From contig NC_058369.1 in assembly GCF_018350175.1 (NCBI RefSeq), positions 5,830,001 through 5,894,000 on the forward strand: a stretch of 64,000 nt of DNA. Direction: 5' to 3'. Below, piece by piece: positions 47,375-60,640 of this stretch; position 1 is the first letter of the stretch, and the number at the start of each line of letters is the position of its first letter. Source of the DNA: Felis catus. Lineage: Eukaryota. The translations under genes and the position numbers were made by a program. The notes below the pieces were generated by a model, which saw only the letters and a list, made by a program, of their open reading frames with translations, did no database searches and was not told the origin of the DNA.

Positions 47375-50300
47375 TGAAAACACAACCTGCACGCATTTGA
47401 ACAATGGGGGATGGATGCTCTTCCTTTTCCGGTCTCCTCTGATGCTAGGCTTCTGGGTTTTGATACCTACTGTGTGCAGGGAAGGTGGAGAAGAACTTTT
47501 GCTTGTGCTGTCCCTGGAGGGACAGAGCCCCCACCCCCACCCCCCGCCCCTTAGCAGAAGTATGCACATAGGATCCATATGGCCATTGCTCCAGAAGTGG
47601 GAAAATGAGAAAGATGATCCGACCACAGTAGGGTTTCTCAACCTGGGCACTAACATTTTAGGTCTATCACACTTGGTTTGGCAGGGGGAGGGCTGTCCTT
47701 TGCATTGTAGGATGCACGTTGTAGTATTTATTGACTAGCATTCCATCAGATGCCAGCAGCATCTCCCCCCCACCCCCCCACCCCCCCAGTGCTGAATATC
47801 AAAAATGTCTTCAGACGTTGCCAAAAGTATCACACACACACGAAAACCACCACGGGACTAAATGATCTTTTACTAAAAGTTCCTCCAGCCACAACGCTGA
47901 TGCCTTGGTATCCAGGGCTCCCGAGACCTTGTACAAATTCAACTGTGGGAGCCTTAGTCTTCTTATCTGTAAAATGGGGTGGAAAAATTGCTGTGTGGAT
48001 TTGAGAGTGTGGGAAGCTCCTAGCAATGGCCTGAGTGTGGGAAACACTGAATAGGTAAAGTTTAAATAATCACCAGTATTTAGTGAGGGTTTGCTATGTG
48101 CTTGTCACTTCACAGAGCTTTATCCCCAGCCCTTGAGATGGGTGCTGGTGTACTTTACATCTTCAGGACAAACAAACCGAGGCTTAGATGGGTCACTGGT
48201 TTTGACCAGGCTCGCACAGTAGGGTAGCTGAGGCGGGATTTGAACTCAGGTCCTCAGACTCAAAGTCCTTACTCCTAACTACAGAATTTTATTGCCTTTA
48301 TGATCACAAGTGGCCGGGAGAATTCCGTCCAGTTGTCACTGAGCATCTTCTGTGTGTAAAGTGTTGGGATCTGTTAACAAAATTTTGTGACCTCAAGGAC
48401 CACAAAGAGGCTGAGACATAGGAATACCTCAGAATGTGGGAATAAATAATGTTTATGTTGAAGCACTGGTTTTGAGGAGGCACAGTTTCAGTCTGGGTGT
48501 GCTGAGTGTGAGGTCATGGTGCAGCAAGTGGAAAACGAGAGAATTGTGAAAACACTGGCTTTTTGCCGCTTGCTTATTGCTTCTCTTGTTCCCCACTTCC
48601 CATTTGCATGTTTTCATACTCCAGCAAAAGTTGTCTTTTTTTACTGCAGATCTGATCGTGTCACTCCTGATTAAAAGTTTTTGGGTGGAAGAAATTTTAG
48701 TTTTTTTAACCTCTGTAGGTGACTTTAAAGCTAAAGTTTGGGATCCCAGGTCTTGCACATTTTAACCCTCCCTTCCTTTTGCATTTCACCTGCACCTAGA
48801 CCGGAACCTCTGACCCTCTTTGCCTGTTGTGCCCACTGCCTGCCACGTCCCAGTTCTCCTCCACCTAGAGATCCTTTCCTCATGCTCTGTGGCCCCACTC
48901 AGAGCTCACTCGCCATTTGAAGCCTCCTCTGATTGCTACGCTCCTTCTCCTCCCCTCTCCCCCGCCAGAATCAACTGTTCCTCGCTTGTGTCCCCATCCC
49001 ATTCAATGGAGTCAAATGTTGAATGGCGAGGGAAGTGCAGTTGCTGCCTTTTGCCCCTAGGTGGCAATAGTGAGGCAGCGAGGCTGACCAGAGCCTGTAA
49101 GTCAGGGGAAGACCAGAGGAGAGCAGCCTGCAGAAGGGAAGTGAGTCCTGCTCCCCTCCTTTAATCAACTCTCCCGCTCCCCTTTTAGGCTCTGGGAGGC
49201 AGTGGTGATTACAGTGTGTGGGCAGATTGTTTCAGTTATATACTGACTGGTGTGGAAGCACAGGAAAGGAGACTGTTAACCTAGGCTTTGGTGTGCAAAG
49301 GAGATCACAGAATGCCTCCTGGAGGAGGTGGAGTGGGGCGGGGAGAGGGGTTAGCCAGGTACAGAGCACAGGGAACAGCTTTGCACGATACAGGAACAGC
49401 ATCTGCCAAGGCACGGGAGTGGGAACCTCTTGGTTTGTTCCGGGAACCACGTGGAGTCTGGTAGTTCGAGGGCAAGCAAAGTGAAGTAAGCAGGGCACGA
49501 GGACTCGTGTGGCCGCTGTGCAGAGGGGTTGGATGTTGTCCTGTAGGCCAGCCATGGATGATTTTAGGCCATAAAGTGAAGAGGTCAGATCCGCTCACAG
49601 TTGGAAGAGTCGGAGGGGGATGATGCTGAAGGCCAGCACACCAGTCGGGAGGTGATCACTTCCCTCTATGTAGGAGAAGCTGTGCATGTGGCCCAGAGCT
49701 GTAGTGGTGGGGAAAGGGGGGGGTGGGTTTGAGACATGGCTGGGTGTGTAAGAGACACGGGACTCAGTGGGTGGTTAGATGTGGGACGCGAGTGAGCAAG
49801 AGAGGACAGCAGTGGACGGTTCTGGGTCTCTCCCTGAGGGACGAGTAGAAGGATAGTGGTCAGTAAGAGAAGCAGCGAAGGCAAGAGGAGTGGTTGGGAA
49901 TGTGGACGTAGACAGGAAAGTGCCACTGGAATAGAACGCGCGTACATGGACATGCTGCAAAACAGGGAGGGGCAGAAGGTGTTGTCCGTACGTGTCCGTA
50001 CGTGTTGGGGGGGTCTCACTTTTATGATAACTGTCCGTCCCCACTTGACCCCGGGCCTCTGGGTGCCTTGGCCAAGTCAGTGGTCGTACTTTTGTAGGTT
50101 CAAGACACAAAACGCAACTGTTTGCTCATTGTCTGGGGAACAGGGAGAAGGGGAAGAAATTGCCTCCTTGAGGAAATTCTCACCTGAGTTGGGGAGAAAA
50201 GACCTTTATAGATGCAGAAGATGAGGTAGCAACCGGGGGAAGCAGCGGGTCGTGACAGCATTGAGAGCGTTGAGAGAGATGGTTGTCTGCTGCTTGGTTC

Positions 50301-53300
50301 TTGGGTTTGATGAAAGAGCTGCTGTCCATACTGGTTGTTGTGATCAGAGAGGCGTGGGCAGGAGTTTTCAGGCGCAGCCAGCAGCCCCGGGTGAGTGAAA
50401 GGAGAGCACAAAGAGGTCCGGAAGCCTGAGTGGACTGGTTTGGGCAGGCAGAGGGGTCAAGAAGGTGAACTCGGAGATGAATTTAGAAAAGGATGTCCGG
50501 ATCAGGTGGTAGAGGGTTTCTGGACACAGTCAAGAGGTGATCTTGGAAGTTTGTGTTTCTGGGGGAAACTCCAGGATGGACGGAGTGGTCAAGAGGCTTT
50601 TGTGGTACGAGGTGGTGGGTAATGGCCCGAATTTGGGGGCTGGGATGGGTTCTGTTCCTTTATCTTATATACCCCATACCTTGCTCTTTGGCTGGCACAC
50701 GTTCGGCACTCTGTGTATACTTGGGAGAAGGAGGGCCAGAAGGGGGCTCGGGAGTGACTGGATCCAGCCGCCCACCAAAAACGACATCTCTACTGGAGGA
50801 AAGACATCTCTACAAAGGAAGGAAACAGTCCGGGATGATCCAGTGGCAAGACTGATGTCACCATGAACAGAAGTAGGGAGACAGGAGGTGGAGGAGTGAT
50901 TTGGATGGAAAAGACCTGATTGGGTTTAGAGAGATTGGGTTTGAAATAATCATGTGGCAGGGAGACCACTTGGGAGTCTGTCTAGGCAAGAGGTAACAGG
51001 GACCTGAACAAAAACGATGGCAGAGAGATGGAGGAGAGGGCGACATATCACTGATGTGCATCTGGCAGAACTTGGTGCCTACTTAGGTATGGGGGACAGA
51101 GAGAGGTGGCTTGGGAGATACATGTGTCCTGCCACCAGAGGAAGTAATTCAGGGGAGGAGGAGGTTTGAAGAGGGGGGCAAGGACTGGAGGAGAGGGTTT
51201 AAAGGTGTCTGCGGTTGGGCACAACGAGGTCAGGGAGGCGCATGTTCCCCTTGATTTTGTTAATGAAGTAGGAGTAAGGAGATGGGTCAGAATAAGGTTG
51301 ATATCTCTATTGGGCAGATTGAGAGGCGAGCCGACCCATAGCTTGCGTGTGCGGTTGATGGTGAGGGAGCATAGACCACCAACCAGGTCTTCCACGTGTG
51401 TGGGGCTGTAGTCGTGAGCTCTGTGACTTCCCTGCAGTCCCGGCCCATTAGAAATGGCATCCGAGGTTTGGATCACTTCCAGGATCCCAGGGGCAAAGAG
51501 GCAGAGTGCTCCTCAGTGGACCTGGAGACGGTGAAGTGGCCACTTGCCGAGCACCAGGAAGCGTGCCAGGCGCTGTGAAGCAGGCGACAACATCCCCATT
51601 TTGCGGACAAGGAGGCTGAGGCTCCAGGAAAGGAAGTGCCATCCTCCACGGTAGTGTAGCTGATTAACAGTAGGGTTAGTGCTGGAGCTCAGGTCTGTCA
51701 GACTCCCAGGCCAGTCCTTCCTGCTGTGCCGTGTTGCTTTGCAGTTCTGTATGAGAGCCCTGGAGTGGCCTGGACCAGCCAGAAAGAAGCTGGAAACTCT
51801 AGCAGGGCCGTGGAGCCGATCCTGTCTCCTCAGGCCTGTGGAGCACTTGGACTGGGCCAGACACCAGCCTCACCTGACCTGCTGCTTCCCGGAGCTTCTC
51901 AGCCTGGTGGATATGTAATTGCTGTGACGTAGCCTTGGCTGGCCCAGTCAGGTGGCTTTACCCGCCAGGGGCTGCAGGAAGTGGCGAGTAAGGAAATACG
52001 TACCATGTTCACTTAAGCCCTCCCCTCACAGAGCAGTTGTAATTGGGTCAGGTGGTTCGTTCACTTTTTCTCTGGCACCCCAGAGTGTTTCCTGGGTGAC
52101 CTTACATTCCTGAGGCTTTTACCTTGGAGAACTCAGAGTTTTACATCTGCAAAGGACCTTAGAAGTAATTGAGTCCAAGCCTCATCATGTGATGTGTGAA
52201 GTGTCAGGATTGAGCCTGAGGATCTATCTATTCGACTGTTCTAGTTTGGCTCTGGCTGGAGTAGTTCAGCACGCCTGCTCTGGTGCCTATAAAGTGAGAC
52301 AGATTCTCACCGGGGCATGATGGGAGCTAGTCTTGCTGCTTGACCTGTGTAAGTTTTTTACACACACATCTCGCCTCTGTGCCCGTAGCGCTTATACGAC
52401 TGATGTGAACAGTGTTGCTGGAGTCACGCGGACAGCTAGGGTTGTTGAAAATAGTGCAGTGGGACTGAAGACTCTCAGAGATCATCCAAGCAGGACTTCT
52501 CTGTAATGTATGCAGTTACTGGAAACGTTTCCAAATCACCAGGAATTGCTTTGCTAAACGAAGTTTCCCCTTTTATTCCCCATGATTGAGTTTGATTCTG
52601 TGGGATGGGATGGATGATCCCAGAAAAGTAAGGTACTGAATGAATGAGTACGCTATTAATACAATTTCCACCCGCCCTTTAACATCAAGTGGCAAATATA
52701 CGATTCCCAGGTGGGTCTGAGATCCAGTGTCTGTCTGTCCCCCGTCACCCCCAGCCCCCCACCCCCCCACACACACCGTGTGTGCCTGGATGACTTATCT
52801 ACAGTTTGCCGTAGTGTGGGTTGGGCGGGGGCCCTTAGGGGACACCACCGTAGGTTTGGGCCCCCAGGCTGTCAGCCATGATGTGGGTGAAAAGCAAATA
52901 ATTAGGTGTTAGAGTGATTTGCCCATCAACAAAGGTTTGGACTGATGGTGAACAGGCCCAGGGAACTAGGGCGACCTACTGTCCGGGGGGACTTTTTACA
53001 GATAAGTGAGGAGGTGATGGAGAGGGCAGACACTCTCTGCAAGAGGAGCAGCCAGCACAGAGACACGGCGACAAGGTCTGCAGCTTGCTGGGGAGGAAGT
53101 TGGAGCCAGGGGCCCCATCACGAAGGGCCTTATGTTTTGTCCATGGGAGGCTCTCTGGAGTGACCGTCAGAGGCCTGGCTGGCCCTGCCGCTTCTTAACA
53201 GCGGGATGACTGACCCTGAGCAAAGTCATGAATCTCCGAGCCTCAGTGAGTGGGGACGCCACTGACAGGGAACGCCCAATGCATTGACCGGGAGGAGTCC

Positions 53301-54534
53301 ACGTGGAAAGACCGCTGAGTGAGAGGGCACGGCCTGGTGAGCTGCGAGGTGGCCAGAAGTGGCTATGACTTGGAAGTCACTGATGGTCAGACAGAGATGA
53401 AGGCCCAGCTGTGATTGGTGCTCGCCAGTAGCTAGCTTGGGCTGGGTTATCGATGTGGATTCGGAAGGGTCAGGGGAAGGGACCCAGAGAGCAGGGTGGG
53501 GCAGCCCTGAAGCATCGAGAAACCCTGCGTTCAGAGTTTGCGTTTCTCCACTGTTGCCGGTTGACCAAGAACTGGGCCCGCAGGGGCTACTCAGCCTCAC
53601 CCAGGGTGTCAGGAGGAGTCAGGGTGCTGGGGGATAAGGTCCACTCTTTAAATCTTTTAAAATTTATCTTCCAGTTCGCTCCTTTTGTAGAGTTCTTTGA
53701 GTTTTGGCAAATGCATAGAGTCGTGTTACTACCTCCACAATCAAGACCTGGGAAAGTTGCACCCCCCCCACTCCCCCCACGAAGCAAAAATGCCTCCTGG
53801 TGCTCCCGCTGTGTGCTCCATGCTGCCCTTGCTCCCTGCCCCTGGCAACCACCGATCCATCCCTATGGTTTTGCCTTTTCCAGAACGGTCTCATGTGGTA
53901 TGTGGCCTTGGAGTCGGGTTTCTTTCACTCCGCGAAATGTATTTGAGATTCATTCAAATTGCGTGGATAGGGAATGCTGTTTTATTGGTGAGCAGAACCA
54001 CATCCTGCAGCCTTCCATAGTCTCGCCACTGATGGCTTGAGGGGCGTTTGAGCTGCGCCCGGTTAGGGTGTTGATGAATCAAGCTGCTGTAAACACTTGT
54101 GTGGGGGTTTCTGTATGAGCACAGGTTTGCATTTCTCTTGTATGACGACTAGTATAGGATTGCTGGGTCTTACGGAAAGTGTTTAACTGTCAGGCGCTGC
54201 CCGTACATTTTCCAAAGCGGCTGTAACATTTTTACATTTTCCACCAGCGATGCACGAAAATTCCCCGGTTTCTCCACATCCTCACCAGAACTTGATATTG
54301 TCTGTTTTGTTGTTGTTTGCCTGCTTTTGTTTTATTTTGTTTTACGCATTTTAAATGGATTGGGAGTATTCTCATTCCGGATGAGTAACGGTATCTCAGT
54401 GTAGTTTAAATTTGCATTTCCCTAATAAGTAACAATGTCAAGCATCTTTTCACATGTCTGTTTGCCATCCATGTATCTCCTTTGGTGTGTTGTTTGTTCA
54501 CATCTTTGTTTATCTTTAAAATTAGTTTAGTTTA

Positions 54535-54928
54535 GGGGTGCCTGGGTGGCTCAGTCGGTTAAGTGTCCGACTTCGGCTCAGGTCATGATCTCGCGGTTTG
54601 TGAGTTCCAGCCCCGCGTCGGGCTCTGTGCTGACAGCTCAGAGCCTGGAGCCTGCTTTGGATTCTGTGTCTCCCTCTCCTTCTGCCCCTCCCCTGCTCAC
54701 ACTCTGACTCTCTCTGACTTTCAATAATAGATAAACATCAAAAAAAAAATTTTTTTTTAATTAGTTTAGGGGTGTTTGGGTGGCTCAGTCTGTTAAGCGT
54801 CCGACTTCAGCTCAGGTCATGATCTCATGGTTTGTGGGTTTGAGCCCCGCATCGGGCTCTGTGCTGACAGCTCAGAGCCTGAAGCCTGCTTCAGATTCTG
54901 TGTCTCCCTCTCTCTGCTCCTCCTCCAT

Positions 54929-54965
<37 letters not shown>

Positions 54966-56754
54966 AATAAATAAACATTTAAAAATTTGTTTTTAATTGG
55001 TTTAGTTTAATTTTTTTTACCCCTCCCTTAAAATTAGGTTGTTGTCTTGTTAAGTTTTGAGAGTTAAAAAAAAAAAAGTGTATATTCTGGATACAAGTCC
55101 TTTTTCAGATACGTGATTTGCAATTATTTTCTTCCAGTCTGTAGACTGTAATTTTCCTCGCAGTGTCTTTTGCAAAGCAAAAGTTTTACATTTTGATGAT
55201 ACTCACTTTATCAATTTTTTAAAGTGGATTGTGCATTTGGTGTGGTGTCTAAGAAATCTTTGCCTCACCCGATGTCACAAAGATTTTCTCTTAGAAATTT
55301 TCTGTTTTGGGGGTGCCTGGGTGGCTCAGTCAGTTGAGCATCCGACTCTTGGTTTTAGCTCAGGTCATGATTTTGAGTTCGTGGGTTCGAGCCCCACATT
55401 GGACTTTGCACTGACAGCGTGGAGCCTGCTTCAGATTCTTCAGATTCTGTGTCTCCCTCTCGGTCTGCCCCTCTCCTGCTTGCACTCTGTCTCTTTCTCT
55501 CTCTCTCAAAAATAAATAAACATAAAAAAAATTTTTTTTAAAGAGAGAGAAATTTTCTGTTTTTACATTTTAGAACAGAGGTCGGCACACTTCTTCTGTA
55601 AAGAACCAGATGGTAAATATTTTCAGCTTTTTGGGCCATATGGTCTCTGTCACAACTACTCAACTATGTCACTGTAGTGCAAAAGCAACCACAGACAATA
55701 CATAAACAAAAGAGTATAGCTGTGTGCCAATAAAACTTTATTTGTAAAAACAGGTGGTGGGCCATATTTGGTCCACAGACCATGGTTTGCCAACCACTGT
55801 TTTAGAAAGTCATCTTTTTGGGGCGCCTAGGTGGCTCAGTTGGTTTATCTCCAACTCTTAATTTCAGCTCAGGTCATGGTGTCATTCATGGTTTGTGAGA
55901 TTGAGCCACACATCGGGGAGGGGGGGGCCGAGGCTCTGTGCTGACAGCGCAGAGCCTCCTTGGGATTCTGTCTCCCACCCCTGCCCCTCTTTTGTGCACG
56001 CACTCTGTCAAGTAAATAAATAAACTTAAAAGAAAAAAAAAGTCCTTTTTTTTACCAAACAGAGAGGACACTCCACTCTGAATAATGAGAATGGGGTAAT
56101 TATTGCCCAGTTCATCACTGGTGAAAGCAGGGGGAAGGAGAAGGCAGAACAGTAGGTGCCTAACTCAGAACAAAGGTGAAGAGAGGGAGAGAGAAAGGAG
56201 AAAGGAAAGAAGATAAATGTTTGAATCACCTTTTGAGCAGACTTCCTTGTGCATTTTAATTTTTCAGAGTTAACCCTTGCACTTTGGTTCAGGCTTCAGC
56301 AGACATGGTTGGTTGGTTGGTTGGTTGGTTGGTTTTTACGCTAATCTATCTTAAAGACTCGTGGCTGCAGATGCTTTAACAGATTCGTGGAGTTTTTCAT
56401 GAGTGAGTCCATTATTGCTGGTGGTCCCATGCCTTCTACTGAAAATTGGTATTTATTTAACCATTCTCTAACTCATATTTCGATTCTGTCTACCATCTTA
56501 TGAGCTATGGGATCATGGGTTCCTCACATACTTCCCTGCATGTATGTGATTATTCCTGGAGAACAGATTCCTACGGTTCTGAACCAGAGGGTAGCATTTG
56601 TATTAAAAATTTTCATAGGGGTACACCTGGGTAGCTCAGTCGGCTAAGCGTCCGACTTCAGCTCAGCTCCTGATCTCATGGTTCGTGAGTTGAAGCCCCA
56701 CGTTGGGCTCTGTGCTGACAGCTCAGAGCCTGGAGCTTGCTTTGGATTCTGTGT

Positions 56755-56795
<41 letters not shown>

Positions 56796-56870
56796 CCTCC
56801 CCCTGCTTGCACTCTGTCTCTCTCTTTCTCTCTCAAAAATAAATAAACATAAAAAAGTTAAAAAAAATTT
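54535..56870 (+). mobile_element. Five sense CAN-SINEs (starts about 54535, 54769, 55309, 55819, 56619) within antisense L1 and MER58-like sequence
   Basis: Canonical heads and A-tails; flanking antisense L1 text such as tatattctggatacaagtcc. Confidence 0.88.
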
Positions 56871-57179
56871 TTTTCATAGACACTACAGGTTATCTGCCAA
56901 AAAGGTTGTACCATCATATACTTGTATCAATGGTGTGTGAGGGTGTTTTCCCCCCTGATCCTTAGTCACATTGGATTTTATCCATTCTGGGTGGTCTTCT
57001 GTCTGACTGCCAGAAGGTGGCATCTTTTTTGACATTTTCCTCATTATTCATGAATTTGAGCTCTCCATGGTTTATTAGCCATTTGAATTGCCAGCGTCTA
57101 TTAGTTGTGGCTCATATCCTTTGTCCACTCTCTGTTAGTGATGTGTCTTTTTTCTTATGAATTTGTAGATGCTCTGAAT

Positions 57180-57400
57180 CAAGTGGTCTCAGCCTTGGGA
57201 GTATTGACATTTGGGGCGGGACGTTTCTTGGTTGCGGGGGCCATCCTGGGCCTTTTGAGATGTTTAACAGCATCGCTGACTTCTACCCACTAGGTGCCAG
57301 TGGCACACCACCACCTGTATTCGTGATAACCAAAAAGGTCTCCAGACCATGCCCGGTGTCCCCTGGGAGCGCCAGGTCACCCCAGCTGAGAACCACCGAC
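57180..57400 (-). mobile_element. MER20-like element (others at about 47625-47825 and 62030-62255)
   Basis: tacccactaggtgccagt...tgtccccctggg...ctgagaaccac. Confidence 0.7.
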
Positions 57401-58496
57401 CTAAATAATATAATAGGTGTAGCACGTATTTTCTCCAAGTCCGCTGTTTGTCTGTGTATGGTGTCTTTTGCCATACAGAAGTTCTTAATCTTATGAAGTC
57501 TGACTTTCCAGTCATTTCTTTCGATGCTAACCTATTTTATAGAGAACAGGGAGCATAGAACATTTTCAAATAAATAAAAGAAATGCTGGGAGAGTGGACT
57601 AACTTTGCACGTTGTGTGTGGTCGGAAGCAAATTAGGAAGTGGGAAGGTAGAGAAGAGCCAAATGTTTCCAGCAGGAAAAAAATAAAGTAATAAAATACA
57701 AAACACACCACACCTAACTCCTCCCTCAGTGCTGACTCAGGGGGGGGAGGTGGGAGCTGTGTTCAGGTTTTTACATAACCGCAGGCAAGGCTATTTTTGA
57801 AGAAGGCTGCGTGAGTGCTCCTGACAGCGGGCACCGGGTTTTCAAGCGTAAAAGCAGGGCTGGGCAGGAGGGATCTGGAGAAAGGGGTGGGCCGCCCCCG
57901 AGACCTCCCGGCTGGTGGGCAGCAGGGCCCCTTTCTCAGAGATGACACTTCAGCCCCATGGGAGCGAGTGCCTGCATAGTTAGAGGCAGGGACGTGGGAC
58001 ACCTTAGATGTGGCAGCCGCATGGCCAGTTGTGCCTCCAGAGGAGCCGTCCTGGTGCTCTCGGCTGCATTGATCTGGACTCCGCTCTGAAGCCATCTCTG
58101 TGCTGTGATGCTTCCCGCCGAAAGTGAAGGCTTCTGCGGGCGGCCGAGGGCATTCCAGAGCCTGCAGCCTTTGAAGACCAAGTGCCTCTGACTGGTGGAG
58201 AAACCCTAACCTCTCCCAGTTCCGTGACTGTGGCCTTCGGAATAAAGGGATGCAGGTTGCCATCGTCTGCCTGCCTGAGGCCAGACAGGCCGTCTGAGTC
58301 AGGGTGCTCAGGTGCACATCGCGGGCTCCTTGGTACCCAGCTGCACCAGTAGTGCACGCGGAGATGAGAGAAGGCTCTTGAGATGACCCGAACACTTTTC
58401 AAAGGCGCTAGAATTGTTTGTGGGTGTTGTTTTGTTTTGTTTTTTAAGTCAGCTCTGTGGAACTCATGACCCTGAAATCAAGAGTCACACGCTCCA

Positions 58497-58702
58497 GGGG
58501 CACCTGGGTGGTTCAGTCATTTAAGCATTGGACTCTCGATTTCGGCTCAGGTCATGATCTCACGGTTCATGGGGTCGAGCCCCCTGTGTCGGGGCTCTGT
58601 GCTGATGGCGCAGAGCCTGCTTGGGATTCTCTCTCCCCCTCTCTCTGCCCCTCCCGCACTCGCACTCTCAAAATAAATACAGAAACTTAAAAAAAAAAAA
58701 AA
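58497..58702 (+). mobile_element. CAN-SINE nested in an older antisense short SINE
   Basis: Head ggggcacctgggtgg; host remnants aagagtcacacgctcca and gctccactgactgagctagccagg on either side. Confidence 0.85.
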
Positions 58703-59473
58703 AGCCACTTGCTCCACTGACTGAGCTAGCCAGGCCCTCCTATTTGTAGGCTTTTAGAAGCTCCTTAGGAAGAGAAATCGTTGAGCTTGAAGCTGCTTTG
58801 TTTTGTTTTAGAGCGGCTTTCGGGTCGCAGAAAGGTTCCGCCCCCAACGCACCATCTTCCCCGTTAGTCACATCTTGTGTTGGTGTGGTGCTTTGTTAGA
58901 ACTAAAGAATCTGTACAGTTTGCCTTAGGGTTCCGCTCTTTGTGTTGTACGTTCTGCGGATTTGGACAGATGTGTGATAACACGCACGCACCGTGAAAAG
59001 ATCACACAGAATAGTTTCGCTGCCCTAAAAATCCTCTGTGCTCTGCTGTTCTTCCCTCCCTCCCTCCTAACCCCCGACAACCACTGGTCTTCTTACTGGC
59101 TTTAGAGTCTCGTCTTTTCCACAGTGTCACATAATTGGGGTCAGGCAGTGCGTAGCCTTTCACACTTAGCAATGTACATTTGAGGCTGCCCCAAGTCTCC
59201 GGCCCCGTAGCTCATTTCTTCCTGTCACTGAATAACACTCCGTTGTGTGAACGCACCAGACGGTTGGAGTCTCTTTCTCCACTCGCCTGTTGAAGGGCAT
59301 GTTGGCTGCTTCCGGTTTCCGGACAATTACGAATGAAGCCGCTGTAAACATCCGTGGGCATGGTTTTATGTGGACCTGAGTTGAACTTGTAGCGTTGAAA
59401 AGAAAACCCCGAAGTGCCAGTCACGGTGTTTTGCCTTAATGTCCTGCAATGTGGACACTTGGAATTTACTTGA

Positions 59474-59797
<324 letters not shown>

Positions 59798-60473
59798 TGA
59801 GCCGATGGCTGTGAAGTTTCGTTTTTATCTCAGGCTCTACTTTGCCCTGGCCCTGGCGTTAAGATTTGGACATAGGTTCCCAAGAGTTCATCGTAAGCCA
59901 GAGTGCGCGTACATACAAAGTGCGGTGGTGGGAGGGGAGGGAAAACGAGGAAACCCCCGCAATGAGGACCGCTCAGAGCTGTAAGAGACCAGAGAATGAC
60001 AGCCTGGCCCGGCTCGGTCCCACCTGTGAAAGCGACGCTGGCCCGTGGCAGAACATGGAGCGTCCCCCTGGGCGGCCCTTCCTGGGCTCTGGGCTGTGCT
60101 GTTTGCTGTCACGCAGTCACATCAGCTGGAACGTCTGAGACGCACGGAGCTTGACCTCTTGTGGAGCCGGAGCAGGGCAGCCGATCAGCAGGCAGGCAGT
60201 AGAGTCGGGTGCCGGCTGCAAACCCCGCTCTCCCGCTGCCTCCGTGTGCGACCCCTAAGCCTCAGTGGCACCCCACGTAAAGTGAGGATGGTGGCTCCCA
60301 CATCCTGATCCTTAGTTGCCTCGAACGGGTTTGCAGACACCTGGGAAGACCATCCTTATGGAGCAGCCTCCGTCCTGAGAGCATGGTTTCAAGGAGCAAA
60401 ACATGGAAAGACCAGGTGCTACAAAGCACTTCCTTCCTTTTGTCCCCAGGGAGGAGCATTGTTTTAGGGAGCT

Positions 60474-60640
60474 GCCCTCCTCCTCCTCCCTCTTCCTCCT
60501 CTTCCCCTTCTTTCTCCCCTTCTTCCCCCCCTTCTTCCCCCCCTTCTTCCCCATGCCCCTGTTCTCCTCCTCCCCCTTGTCCTCTTCCTCCTCCCCCTCT
60601 CCCTCCTCTCTCCTCTCCTCCCCCCCTTCCTCTCTGCTCT
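60474..60640. repeat. C/T-rich low-complexity tract in ELAVL1 intron 2
   Basis: About 165 nt almost purely pyrimidine. Confidence 0.9.

Noticed and set aside
49054..49067. CTCF-like CCCCTAGGTGGCAA (also CCACGAGGTGGC near 41379)
   Set aside because: Imperfect by-eye matches in GC-rich DNA; a PWM scan and ChIP data are needed.
4258..56940. Recurrent MAQSVKRPT.../...FCVSLSLCP ORFs and tRNA-like A/B boxes
   Set aside because: These are CAN-SINE translations and tRNA-derived heads, not genes or tRNAs.
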